Shown here in pieces: positions 36,372-45,616 of a stretch of 64,000 nt of DNA. The DNA is from a virus (taxonomy: Duplodnaviria; Caudoviricetes): positions 3,937 through 67,936 of the IMG/VR virus record IMGVR_UViG_3300017651_000001. One strand, 5' to 3'. The notes below the pieces were generated by a model. The model ran no database searches and was not told the origin of the DNA. It saw only the letters and a program-made list of their open reading frames with translations. A program made the position numbers and the translations under genes. The first letter of the stretch is position 1. Each line of letters begins with the position of its first letter.

Positions 36372-37898
36372 CTACGTGATCGTGTCATCCCGCGTATCCC
36401 GCGGTGCGTCTCCGCCATTCCCGCTGGACCGACCCTGAGTCGGAGCACCTGCCGAGCCGGTGGGGCCGCCATCCGTGTCGATATCCTTGCGGGCGAGCGA
36501 CTTGATGTTGTTCGGCATGAGCATCCCCTGGGGCGTGTCGCCGAGCGACGGGATACCGAGGATGTCGGCCGCCATGCCCTTGTAGACCTCATCGCTGATG
36601 ACGCCCTGGAGCCAGATGAGCGTGATCGCCTGGAGCTGGCGGTAGATCTCGGTGCCGTCCTCGTAGGGCTCGAAGTACGCCTCGAACTCACCGTTCGGGT
36701 CCATCCACCTGAGCACGCGCTCGTCGAGGGCGATGTCCTCGTCGCGACGGGTCATCATCGTCAGGCGGCCCGGCTCGTCGAGCGTGGCGGCCGAGCCGTA
36801 GGACGAGCCCGCGTCGGCGGTGTTGCTGGTGAGCGCGATCGTCGACACGTCCAGCGAGGTTGCCACCATCGCGATGACGCCCCGGATGTGGCTGAAGTCG
36901 TAGCCCTTGCCTGCCGAGGAGAGCACGGACAGGTCGGTGCCGACACCCATGATGGCGGTGCCGCCGGCGCTCTGCGGGCTGGCGAACTGCACCGCAGCGT
37001 TCTGCCCGGCGGCCTTGCTGGCGGCGTTCACCTTGAACGCGAGCGTCGCCATCGCGCTCGAGACATCCACGCCGTCCATGTAGAGGTTCTTGACGATATC
37101 GGCCCAGATCCAGGCGGCGAGTGCGTCGGGGATGCCGAAAGGCCAGTTGTCGAACGAGTTGGCGTGCATGTCGAACGCCGTCATCGACGTGTCGACTTTC
37201 TCCTCCTCGTTGCCCCAATGAATCGTCTCGACGGCCATGTCCTTGGCATGGTCGACGAAGTACCACTTCACGAAGTCCTTGTACTTGCCGTCACGCTGGC
37301 GCTGCGACCAGGCGCGACGATAGGCCCAGACGACGCCGGGGAAGTCGGGGTCGGTGAGGATGCCGGTGATCTGGTCGAGCGGGATCGGGTAGAGCTTCTT
37401 CGTCTTGTCGTCGCCGATCCACAGGCGGATGCCCTCGGTGTAGAGGCACAGGTGACGCTCGCGGCGCGCGTTCTTGCCGAAGAAGTTGCGCTGGTTAACC
37501 GGGTCGAGGATCTTCTCCTTGACGCGGGGCGCACGGCCGCGATTGTCCGCCGGAGGCTCGCCGTTGAGTCCAGGGACACCCTTGTACTTGATGCCGCCGC
37601 CCTTCTCGACGTAGGCGTGCTGGAGTTTGAAGCCGCGCTTGCCGAGCGGATTCGCGGCGGCGAACTCGCGGAGCTTCGCCGACCAGACCTTCAGTTCATT
37701 GAGCTCCATCCCCTTGACGGGGGCGCCGTTACCGCCCTGGAAGATCTCCCAGCCCTGGTCCTCGCGGGCGAGCATCGCCATCACGTTGTCGAGGGCCTCT
37801 TTCACGATCGGGTTCGCACCCGCCTGGGCCTGCGACTGGGACTGAGCGAGGAGCATTGCTTCGGCCAGTTCGCGGACCATGCGCTTATCGGAGACCAT
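36372..37898 (-). CDS. Portal protein
   Basis: 508 aa directly after the terminase gene; FGIPDA. Confidence 0.8.
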   Translation of the reverse strand: MVSDKRMVRELAEAMLLAQSQSQAQAGANPIVKEALDNVMAMLAREDQGWEIFQGGNGAPVKGMELNELKVWSAKLREFAAANPLGKRGFKLQHAYVEKGGGIKYKGVPGLNGEPPADNRGRAPRVKEKILDPVNQRNFFGKNARRERHLCLYTEGIRLWIGDDKTKKLYPIPLDQITGILTDPDFPGVVWAYRRAWSQRQRDGKYKDFVKWYFVDHAKDMAVETIHWGNEEEKVDTSMTAFDMHANSFDNWPFGIPDALAAWIWADIVKNLYMDGVDVSSAMATLAFKVNAASKAAGQNAAVQFASPQSAGGTAIMGVGTDLSVLSSAGKGYDFSHIRGVIAMVATSLDVSTIALTSNTADAGSSYGSAATLDEPGRLTMMTRRDEDIALDERVLRWMDPNGEFEAYFEPYEDGTEIYRQLQAITLIWLQGVISDEVYKGMAADILGIPSLGDTPQGMLMPNNIKSLARKDIDTDGGPTGSAGAPTQGRSSGNGGDAPRDTRDDTIT

Positions 37899-37927
37899 AG
37901 ACCCCAGTTTACGGCTCGATTAGCGGA

Positions 37928-39631
37928 CTAAACCGGCATCCCCGGCCGATTTCGCCGCTCGAACGCGATCTGGCGCGGGTCCACCGGGATGATCTCGCCG
38001 GGCTTGAGTCGTCCGAGAGGACTGTTGACCAGGGGGGACGTGTCGATCACGGCGTAGATGAGAGCGTCGAGTCGGTCGGGAGACCCATGCATCTCGCTGC
38101 GCATCTCCTTCTTGGGTGTGATCTTGATGGCTCCCTTGTTGTTCAGCTCGTAGGTGACGGCGAGCAACTGGTCGCGAAGAGCCAAGTCATCGTAGTCGAT
38201 ATCGAGTGCGCCTTCGCGCAGCAGTTCCCGCAGGTAGTCGTGGTTCTGATCTCGGACAACCTGCCAGCGGTGCGTGTCCGCGCTCGTGTTGCCTCCCAGC
38301 ACACGGAGGACGACGTATGGCCGCGGGTGAAACTCGTCGAGTCGCTGAAGCATCGCGGCGATGCCAGAGCCCATGCCTGATGCGTCCACACGGACTTCTG
38401 TCGCGCCGAGGTGCATGGCTATCGCATGGACGCGGCGCGCGCTGGTCAGCTCGTCCTCCTTGGACCATGTTCCCGTCGTGGTGCGCGTCTCGCCGCCGTC
38501 CTCGTAGGCCACGGTACCATCGAAGACGCGGCACCGGCCGCCCTTGTTGACCATGACAACCGACTCGTCATCGCCCATGCCCGCCAGGTCGACGCCGAGG
38601 ATGACCGGGGCGCCGGCGATCTGCTCCAGGTCGAAATCCCGCTCGCGCGCTGCGTCGACATACTCCTCGGGGAAGAACGAGCGGTCGTCCTCGCTGGGGA
38701 ACTCGCCGAGGACCTTCGCCTTGAACCGCGCGTCCGGGCGCCCATTGAGGTTGCGCTCGAGACCCAGTTCGGAGTCGAACGTGATGTCGCCGCCGACCTT
38801 CCAGACGCGCTCTTTGTGGGCAATCCACTTCGCGCTCGTGAGGCCCTTGAGCATGGCCTCCTGCTTCTCGGGCTCGCCTGGGTAGACTATCTCGCCGGTC
38901 ATGGTCGGCAAGTCGTAGGCGGAGATGGTGAACAGGTTCCACTCGGCTCCTTGGCGCTTGTCCGAGAACAGCGTGTGGAACGGCGTGGCGCGGTGGTCAG
39001 GGTTGCCGATGCCGACCCAGCGGGACTCCTGCCCTGTCAGGACTGCCTCTGCGGCCGTGAAGAGATCCTGCGGCATGCCGCCCATCTCGTCGAACCCGAC
39101 GAACGTGCGGCGCTTACGGGTTCCCTGGAAAGAGGAAACGATGTCCGAATCCGCGGGGCGCTTACCGAACGCGATGGCCTCCTTGCCCGCGCCATCCGGC
39201 TTGGTGTAGTTCCAGGAAAGCTGCTCGTCAATCCAGCCGATTGGAGCCGGGCCGAGGCCCGCCTTCGCTTGCTTGGCGAGGTAGCCGTAGTTGTCCTTGA
39301 GGTACTTGAAAACGACTCGCTGGATCTGGTCTCGGCCATTTGCCGAGAAGATCGCCAGTGACTCCTCCGGGGGGAAAGCGGTGACCCACCACGTCCCGAT
39401 ATCGGAGAGGATAAAGGATTTCCCGCATCCGTTCGCCGACTTGACTGCGGTACGAGTCTTCGGTGCATCCTCGCGAGTGATCGTCACCGCGATGTCCTGC
39501 ATCTTCTCGTAGTAACGTCGGCCCAGGACATCGGCCGCCCAGGCAAGGTAGTCGCGCTGGTAGAGAGACTTCTTCGATCGTGCGGCAATCTCATTCATAG
39601 CCGCCTCGAAGACGGTGGGGTCAAGGTTCAC
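37928..39631 (-). CDS. terL: Terminase large subunit
   Basis: SANGCGKS, FDEMGG, IGNP, GVDLAG, SPDRLDAL. Confidence 0.95.
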   Translation of the reverse strand: MNLDPTVFEAAMNEIAARSKKSLYQRDYLAWAADVLGRRYYEKMQDIAVTITREDAPKTRTAVKSANGCGKSFILSDIGTWWVTAFPPEESLAIFSANGRDQIQRVVFKYLKDNYGYLAKQAKAGLGPAPIGWIDEQLSWNYTKPDGAGKEAIAFGKRPADSDIVSSFQGTRKRRTFVGFDEMGGMPQDLFTAAEAVLTGQESRWVGIGNPDHRATPFHTLFSDKRQGAEWNLFTISAYDLPTMTGEIVYPGEPEKQEAMLKGLTSAKWIAHKERVWKVGGDITFDSELGLERNLNGRPDARFKAKVLGEFPSEDDRSFFPEEYVDAARERDFDLEQIAGAPVILGVDLAGMGDDESVVMVNKGGRCRVFDGTVAYEDGGETRTTTGTWSKEDELTSARRVHAIAMHLGATEVRVDASGMGSGIAAMLQRLDEFHPRPYVVLRVLGGNTSADTHRWQVVRDQNHDYLRELLREGALDIDYDDLALRDQLLAVTYELNNKGAIKITPKKEMRSEMHGSPDRLDALIYAVIDTSPLVNSPLGRLKPGEIIPVDPRQIAFERRNRPGMPV

Positions 39632-39633
39632 CG

Positions 39634-40131
39634 CTACTCCTCGATCTGCTTGGCCTGGATCTCCTGCCATGCGAGGGCCATCGCGTCCTGAACAAGCTCG
39701 TCCCACCTCTGGGGGTCGACCTCCTCGCGAAGCGCGCCCTTCATGTAGGTAAGAGCCAGGTCGACGACGTGTCCGAGTTGGCGACCGACGTTCTGGTTGT
39801 ACGTCTCGAGATCTTGCTGGCTGGCGCTGTGTCGCTGCTTCACTCGATCGCCAAGGATCTTGAGGAGTTGGATCTGCACCTTCGCGTTGCCGAGATCCAT
39901 GAACTGCTCTTCGAGCTTGTTAAGGATGCGGCCGAGTTTCCAGGTGACGAGCGCATCCTGCTGCGCGAGCGTGAGCCAGTCGTGGCTCTGGAGAAGCATC
40001 TCGATGTTGGCCGCCACGCGAGCGGGGGAGATGACGCCGCCGAGTTCTCGGCTGATCTCCTCAGGAGAGTGCGTCGCCGCGAGCAGAAGCATCTTCTCGT
40101 CGAGCTTCGAACGTGCGATCTCCGTGGCCAT
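39634..40131 (-). CDS. Terminase small subunit (probable)
   Basis: HTH N-terminus (SPEEISREL); directly upstream of terL. Confidence 0.65.
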   Translation of the reverse strand: MATEIARSKLDEKMLLLAATHSPEEISRELGGVISPARVAANIEMLLQSHDWLTLAQQDALVTWKLGRILNKLEEQFMDLGNAKVQIQLLKILGDRVKQRHSASQQDLETYNQNVGRQLGHVVDLALTYMKGALREEVDPQRWDELVQDAMALAWQEIQAKQIEE

Positions 40132-40283
40132 ACCTCCAGTTTAGTGTCGGGAAAGCAACGACAGTGGGTATCCTGGACTTCGGGGGGTCGCAACCACCCC
40201 TCCCGTGTGGGAGCCATACCGCACAGCCCAGGTGGCAGGAGTCCCGTGGATAGCGCATCCACGGGACTCCCACCATTCGAGGG

Positions 40284-40496
40284 CTACTCGTCAGCGAGGA
40301 GGGCCAGCCACTTTGAATGGAAGCAGGTGGGGCAGAGGATTCCGCCCGCTTCACGGCTCGCGTCACCGCCAACAATGAGATTCCATGTCGCCGTGTCGGC
40401 CCACCAGATTGGATTCCTCCGCCCGCACTGCTGGCAGCGCGTGTCCCCATCCTCGGGGCGCCAGGGGCGCGGGATGTGTGCCCTAGTCTCCGCCAT
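40284..40496 (-). CDS. Small zinc-finger protein
   Basis: CQQC...LCPTC. Confidence 0.6.
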   Translation of the reverse strand: MAETRAHIPRPWRPEDGDTRCQQCGRRNPIWWADTATWNLIVGGDASREAGGILCPTCFHSKWLALLADE

Positions 40497-40544
40497 ACCC
40501 CCAGTTTAGTTTGCAATCCACGCAATTAGGGCTTATCCTGAATG

Positions 40545-40620
40545 CACCGACTCCTTCATCGGTAAGTGAGCACCTCCCTAGTGCAAAGACCCCCGCGGCC
40601 CTAATCCGCGGGGGTCTTCA
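40545..40620 (+). ncRNA. Candidate small antisense RNA with two anti-SD loops
   Basis: TTGCAA-N17-TATCCT promoter (40511-40539), two stem-loops, terminator 40586-40618, no ORF on this strand. Confidence 0.55.
40586..40618. terminator. Bidirectional intrinsic terminator
   Basis: AAGACCCCCGCGG/CCGCGGGGGTCTT. Confidence 0.8.
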
Positions 40621-40630
40621 CTGTTGAAGG

Positions 40631-42067
40631 CTACTTCTTCGCCGTCGAGCGGGCCTTGGCTCGGCTCTTCGACTGCTTCGCGACCTCCTCGATCGCCTGG
40701 CGCTCTTCGACCTCGATGAGCGTCGTGTCGTGACTCGGCGCGAAGTCGATGCCTTCGTCCTCATCGACCGGCGCCGGGGGTGCTGGCACCGGGTCGGCAT
40801 AAACGGCGGGGTACGCCTCCGCACCGAGAACCGCCCAGTCCCAGATCCGCTGCGACAGTGCCACGATGTCCTGACGGCGCCCGTTGGGGCCGGTTGATCC
40901 CAGGTTGAACGTCTCCGCCGGCGTCTGCGTCCACCAGATCGAATTCTCGTGGACGGGCACGCTGACGTGCTTGGCGAGCACCTCGAAGAACTGCTCGACC
41001 TGCTTCTCGCTCCAGGCGTGGTTGTCACGCAGCTCGGCGTAGGTTCCGGCGAGGATGCGCAGGAACAGCGGCGAGCCGAGGATGGAGATCTGGCGCAGCC
41101 GGTCGGGCGTGAGGAGTCCGTCGATGATCGCTTGGAACTGCGGGAACGCTCGCACCAGGATGTCGAAGAACGTGGTGGTCTTGTTCGCGACCTCCACTTC
41201 GTTCATCTCGCGCTCCATCGCCTTGCCGAAGCGGCCCTCGATGCCGAGGTTGGAGGCGCGGATGATCTCAATGACGTGCCGCGCGGACAGCAGGTACGGC
41301 CCGGTTCGGCCGAGGCGGTCGTTCTCCGGGTCGATCCGGTTGAGCAGGAGCGGGTGCTCGGCGACCAGCACGAAGGCCCGGTTGGCGACCTTACGCTTGT
41401 CGAAGCGCGCCTTCACCGACGCGGAGATGCCCAGCGCGTTGTCGGCGATGTCGAAGAACATCTGACGGTACGAGTTGAGGTCGTCGGTGATGTGAACCTC
41501 GACGGCGACGCGCTCGGCGTAGAAGCGGTCCTGCTTGGCCTCGATCTCCTTGATCGCGCGCTCGGCGTCCTTGATGACCTTGGAGCCCTTGTCCTCGGTG
41601 CGGCGGGCTCGGTTCAGGTGGTCGAGCGCCTTCTGCCGCTCCGTCTCGAGCATCTCCAATGCGAGGTGGAAGCCGAGGATGCGGTGCTGCCCGTCGAGGA
41701 TCTGGATGTCGCCCTGCTTGCGCTTCGGGTAGGAGAGCACGCCGAATTGCGCACTGTTGTCCAGCACGTCGAGGTCAGTTGCGAAGTCGAAGATCGCCGG
41801 GGCTCGCAGGATGAGGCCGGGGATCACCCAGTTCTCGTGCTCGAGGTAGTACTTCGCGAACGATTGAGCATGGTTCAATCGGATCTGCCGGTTGCCGGGG
41901 TTCGGAGCTGCGGGGTTCGGGCGAAGGATGTTGTTGATGATCTCCGCAGGCGTGAGCGCCACGAGGTAGACCGTGCGACCGCCTTGCCGGTATCGGGTTG
42001 CGTAGAACTGCTCATCCGTCGAGTAGGCCGCGATCGGCGCGACCTTCGGCGCAGTTTCAGTGGTCAT
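40631..42067 (-). CDS. DGQHR-domain (DndB/ParB-like) protein
   Basis: GNRQI, IQILDGQHR, QMFFDIADN. Confidence 0.85.
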   Translation of the reverse strand: MTTETAPKVAPIAAYSTDEQFYATRYRQGGRTVYLVALTPAEIINNILRPNPAAPNPGNRQIRLNHAQSFAKYYLEHENWVIPGLILRAPAIFDFATDLDVLDNSAQFGVLSYPKRKQGDIQILDGQHRILGFHLALEMLETERQKALDHLNRARRTEDKGSKVIKDAERAIKEIEAKQDRFYAERVAVEVHITDDLNSYRQMFFDIADNALGISASVKARFDKRKVANRAFVLVAEHPLLLNRIDPENDRLGRTGPYLLSARHVIEIIRASNLGIEGRFGKAMEREMNEVEVANKTTTFFDILVRAFPQFQAIIDGLLTPDRLRQISILGSPLFLRILAGTYAELRDNHAWSEKQVEQFFEVLAKHVSVPVHENSIWWTQTPAETFNLGSTGPNGRRQDIVALSQRIWDWAVLGAEAYPAVYADPVPAPPAPVDEDEGIDFAPSHDTTLIEVEERQAIEEVAKQSKSRAKARSTAKK

Positions 42068-42257
42068 GGTTAGCCCTTTCCCAGATCGGGTAGTGGACTA
42101 AATATGTACCACGGGCGGAGGGTGCGGGGCAAGTACCTACAACGTGCGAAACGAATGCTTGACAATGAGAAAGTTCTCACTGACTCTTGATGTCGGGGGC
42201 ACGCTCTAGCATCTGTGACCCTCAGCAACACACGGAACAACACGCGAAACGGGGGTC

Positions 42258-42497
42258 GTGACTATGACTGTCAGGGTGAAAGAGTTCGACGGTCGGAGGT
42301 CGCTCGAGATCGAATGCAAGGATGGCGTCGTCTACATCGACGACGGCCGCAAGTGCTACGGACTCGATGCGGGTATCTTCCTCCATGCCGTCGAACGCGA
42401 ACTGGGGGTAATGCTGCTGCGGAATGCGTTCCAGATCGCGGCGAAGCCATGCGGGGGCTCCCCAGCCGCCTGCATGGGCACTCCCAGTGCGAACTGA
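42258..42497 (+). CDS. Small hypothetical protein in opposite orientation to its neighbours
   Basis: TTGACA at 42159; hairpin at about 42502-42540. Confidence 0.45.
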   Translation: MTMTVRVKEFDGRRSLEIECKDGVVYIDDGRKCYGLDAGIFLHAVERELGVMLLRNAFQIAAKPCGGSPAACMGTPSAN

Positions 42498-42624
42498 GAA
42501 GGGTGAGCGGGGCACCCTTCAGCCCACCTGGCCGCTCACCTGCTCGCACCCTGAAGACCTCAACTGTCTCACTAGATTTCTTATCGTGTGAACTGGCAAA
42601 GACGCCAGAGAGTCGCCTCTCACC

Positions 42625-42861
42625 CTAGTCAAGGGCTGAGAGGCGCTCTACTTCATCCTGGATGTACCAGATCGCCTTGCGGAGATCCTCGATCTCCTTC
42701 TCGCGCGCCGAGAGATCGGCGTCGCGCTTCAGGCCAGCGCGCCAGAGGTACTTGATCGCATTGCCCACGTTGAAATTGCGGTGCCGCGTGATCTGGATGC
42801 ACTCGACACCGGACGGGTCCGACGTGTAGTGGCTGGGGTGGTTGACGTTATCGCTGCTCAA
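42625..42861 (-). CDS. DUF3310-family protein
   Basis: VNHPSHY...ECI...GNAIKYLWRAG.K...EDLRKAIWYI. Confidence 0.85.
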   Translation of the reverse strand: MSSDNVNHPSHYTSDPSGVECIQITRHRNFNVGNAIKYLWRAGLKRDADLSAREKEIEDLRKAIWYIQDEVERLSALD

Positions 42862-44158
42862 TGGGCCACGTCCTGATCTCGTCAGTCTTCACGAGCTTCC
42901 CGCAGTGCGTTGAGCAACGGATCTGCTCGTCATTGGAGAACTCGTACTCGCGCATCTTGCAGATCTTGTAGACGTAGCCGCAGGGGAGCCGCGCCCACAG
43001 GTGCGCCTCGTGGGCCCCGCGGCCGACGATCTTGCAGTGGTTGCTCTCGCAGACGTGCGGCTCGTCGGGGTCTCCGAAGACGAGGATCTCAAGATCCTCG
43101 AGCGGCGGTGCAAGCGTCACGGTTCAGCCCTCCTCATCTCGCCACGCACGCACGACCGGCGTCGTGGTGCGGATTGTCATGCCGACCCCACCCTCGTTGC
43201 CGTAGTCGTCGGGGCCTCGGCTGGACAGTGACTCCATCTCGATCACCATCCAGGATCCGACGATCGGCTCCTGCGGGTAGTAGCCGATCAGGGGAACCCA
43301 GTCGCCGTCAGCCCTCTTCGCGTTCTCGCTCGCGCCCTCATAGCGACGGACGCGCCGGTTCGCGTCGTCGAATTCGTAGCACGCGCCGGACTCGGTTTCG
43401 ATGTGCAGCATCACTCAGCCCTCCCACCTCGCCAGCACGACGGGATCGACGACGCGGGTATCCACGCCGATCTGGATGATCGCGGCTCGCTCGGCCGAAT
43501 AGCCTACAAACGTCGCAGGGATCACACGGTCGACGAGCAGCCGCTCGCCAGGCTTGAAGTCAGTCATGCCTCCACCGCCTCCAGCACGATTGTCTTGCCG
43601 TCCTCGCTCCGGTACACGCGCCACCCGCTCACCGGCTCGCGGGTCGTCCAGCGCTTGAGCTGGAACCTGCCGCGATCGTCGGGATTCGTGATGGCGACGT
43701 GCCCGCCGGCGCTGAGGCTCAGCGTCTTCGTGGTGCCGTCGGAATGGATGTGCAGGGTCATCGTTCGTTCTCCATCACTCGGAACTTGGTCAACTTCTCC
43801 ACCGGGAATCGGCGGAACATGCCGGTCTCGCGGTTCAGGCACGCCGCCCAGACTCGGCCGTCGCCGTCCGGGTTCAGGCCGCGCACCTCGTACGCGACGC
43901 GCGTGTAGATCGGGACGGGGTGCGGTGAGTGTTGCACCAGGTCGCCGACCTTGATCTCGTCGCGGTAGGTCATGCTCCCTCCCGCTCGAACGGTTCGACG
44001 TGCGCAGCGCGCAGGAACGCGCGGTTGCGCATGAAGAGCTGGATCTGCCCGCTGCACTCAATCGAGATGCGGGAGATCTCGCCCTCGGGGTAGCCGAGCG
44101 CCTTGATGAGCGCCTTGACGGCCTTCTGGACTGCCTGGTTGTCGGGCTGAGGTGCCAT
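42848..44158 (-). CDS. Run of about six small hypothetical ORFs
   Basis: Overlapping starts/stops with SD sequences. Confidence 0.55.
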
Positions 44159-44170
44159 GCTCGGCTCCTT

Positions 44171-44437
44171 TCAGTTCAGGTCTTGCGGGTGGTCGGCTTC
44201 GTAGAGTTCCACGAGGCGGTCGATGCTCACCGGATCGAAGCCGGGGAAGTCGAAGTCGCCGTACTGCGTGATCGGTGCCGAAGCGTAGCCCTTGCTCTTG
44301 AACCACTTCAGCGCCTCGGCGTTCTCCTCGGAAGTGAGATCCTTCTCGACGAAGGGGATGCCCTTCGAGCGGAGCGAACGCTTGACCGCGTTGCACTGGA
44401 CACATGCGGGCTTCGTGTACACGATTACGGTGGTCAC
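44171..44437 (-). CDS. nrdH: NrdH-like glutaredoxin
   Basis: VYTKPACVQC...APIT...GFDP. Confidence 0.9.
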   Translation of the reverse strand: MTTVIVYTKPACVQCNAVKRSLRSKGIPFVEKDLTSEENAEALKWFKSKGYASAPITQYGDFDFPGFDPVSIDRLVELYEADHPQDLN

Positions 44438-44911
44438 GCCTGCACCCCCGCTCGGCCGAGGCGCTGCGGCTCCGGGTCGGGGTCCAGCAGCGCGGCGATG
44501 AGGTCGTCGCGGCGGAACCAGCCGAGGGGGATCTCGACATCGCCGAAGGGGTCCGTGTAGTGCAGGTGGACCTCGGGGACACCGGCCCTGGTGCCCTGCC
44601 CGGTCGAGATGTAGATGGCCGGGCGGTCCTCCGGCACCGCCTCCGGGTATGAAGTCGTGATGATCTTCCTCATGAGATGTCGTCCTCTCGCTTGTCGGTT
44701 GTCAGAAGGTGGTTCCACAGCCACAGCCCGAAGGCGGGGACTGCGATGGTCCAGGCGACGCGGCCTGCGGGATGCTTGATCTGGAAGACCTCCGCCAGAT
44801 GCCACGACAGCGTCGCCGACGAATCGCCGGTCTTGCGCATGATCTGGATGGCGACGAACTCGACGATGCCGAAGAAGACGGCCCAGGTGATCCAGAGGAC
44901 GGTGAAGGGTT

Positions 44912-45616
44912 TCATGCCTCCCCCTTCCACTCGATCAGCGGCCACTCCGCGTTCACATGCTCACCATTGCCGACGGAGCGGAAATAGGCGGTCAGCTCGT
45001 AGGCCTGGTCACGCTTCCAACCGATCTGCGCCTCATGGATCACCTGAAGCGGGATGCCGCGCAGCAGATCGCTGTCGAGCTGCTTGAGCGCGATCCTCGC
45101 CGCCGCCAGAGCGTCCGCAGTGGCGCCGTGCGCCTCATCGGCCGACAGCGGCACGTTGTACGCCTCAGCGACCGCCTGGAGCCGCCTGGAGCCCTTCCCG
45201 CGCCGCTTCGGAACGAGGCGCTGGTCGAGGACATAAGGGTCGAGGACGGGGCCGTCAAGGTCAAAGCCCAAGACACCTAGAGTGACCCGACGGAACTCGC
45301 GATCAAGCACAGAGAGGTCGTAGGGCGAGTTGAAGATCACAAGTGGGACATCCGTGGTCCACTCCTCAACTAGGACTCGACGAACCTGCGGGATGACAAC
45401 CTGGAGTGGCTTCCCGTACAGCCGCGCATGCTCAGTAGTGATGCCATGCACGGCGGTCGCATCAGCCGGGATCTCGTAGCCGTCGGGGCGGACGAGCCAC
45501 TCCTGGCTCTTCAACACGGTGCCGTCATCGTCGGCGAGCACCAGCGCGATCGTCACGATGCGAGCAGTCTCCGGGTCAACCGACGTTGATTCAATGTCGA
45601 GCGCTAGAACAGGCAT
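44912..45616 (-). CDS. DnaQ-like (DEDDh) 3'-5' exonuclease
   Basis: LDIEST, VHGIT, FNSPYD, AHGATADA. Confidence 0.9.
   Translation of the reverse strand: MPVLALDIESTSVDPETARIVTIALVLADDDGTVLKSQEWLVRPDGYEIPADATAVHGITTEHARLYGKPLQVVIPQVRRVLVEEWTTDVPLVIFNSPYDLSVLDREFRRVTLGVLGFDLDGPVLDPYVLDQRLVPKRRGKGSRRLQAVAEAYNVPLSADEAHGATADALAAARIALKQLDSDLLRGIPLQVIHEAQIGWKRDQAYELTAYFRSVGNGEHVNAEWPLIEWKGEA

Noticed and set aside
40533-40559. Minus-strand mini-ORF MKESVHSG using CACTAGGGAGG as its RBS
   Set aside because: SD spacing is long (about 13 nt) and it lies just after a terminator; disfavoured but not excluded
40631-42067. Complete Dnd phosphorothioation system
   Set aside because: No dndA/C/D/E-like genes in the window
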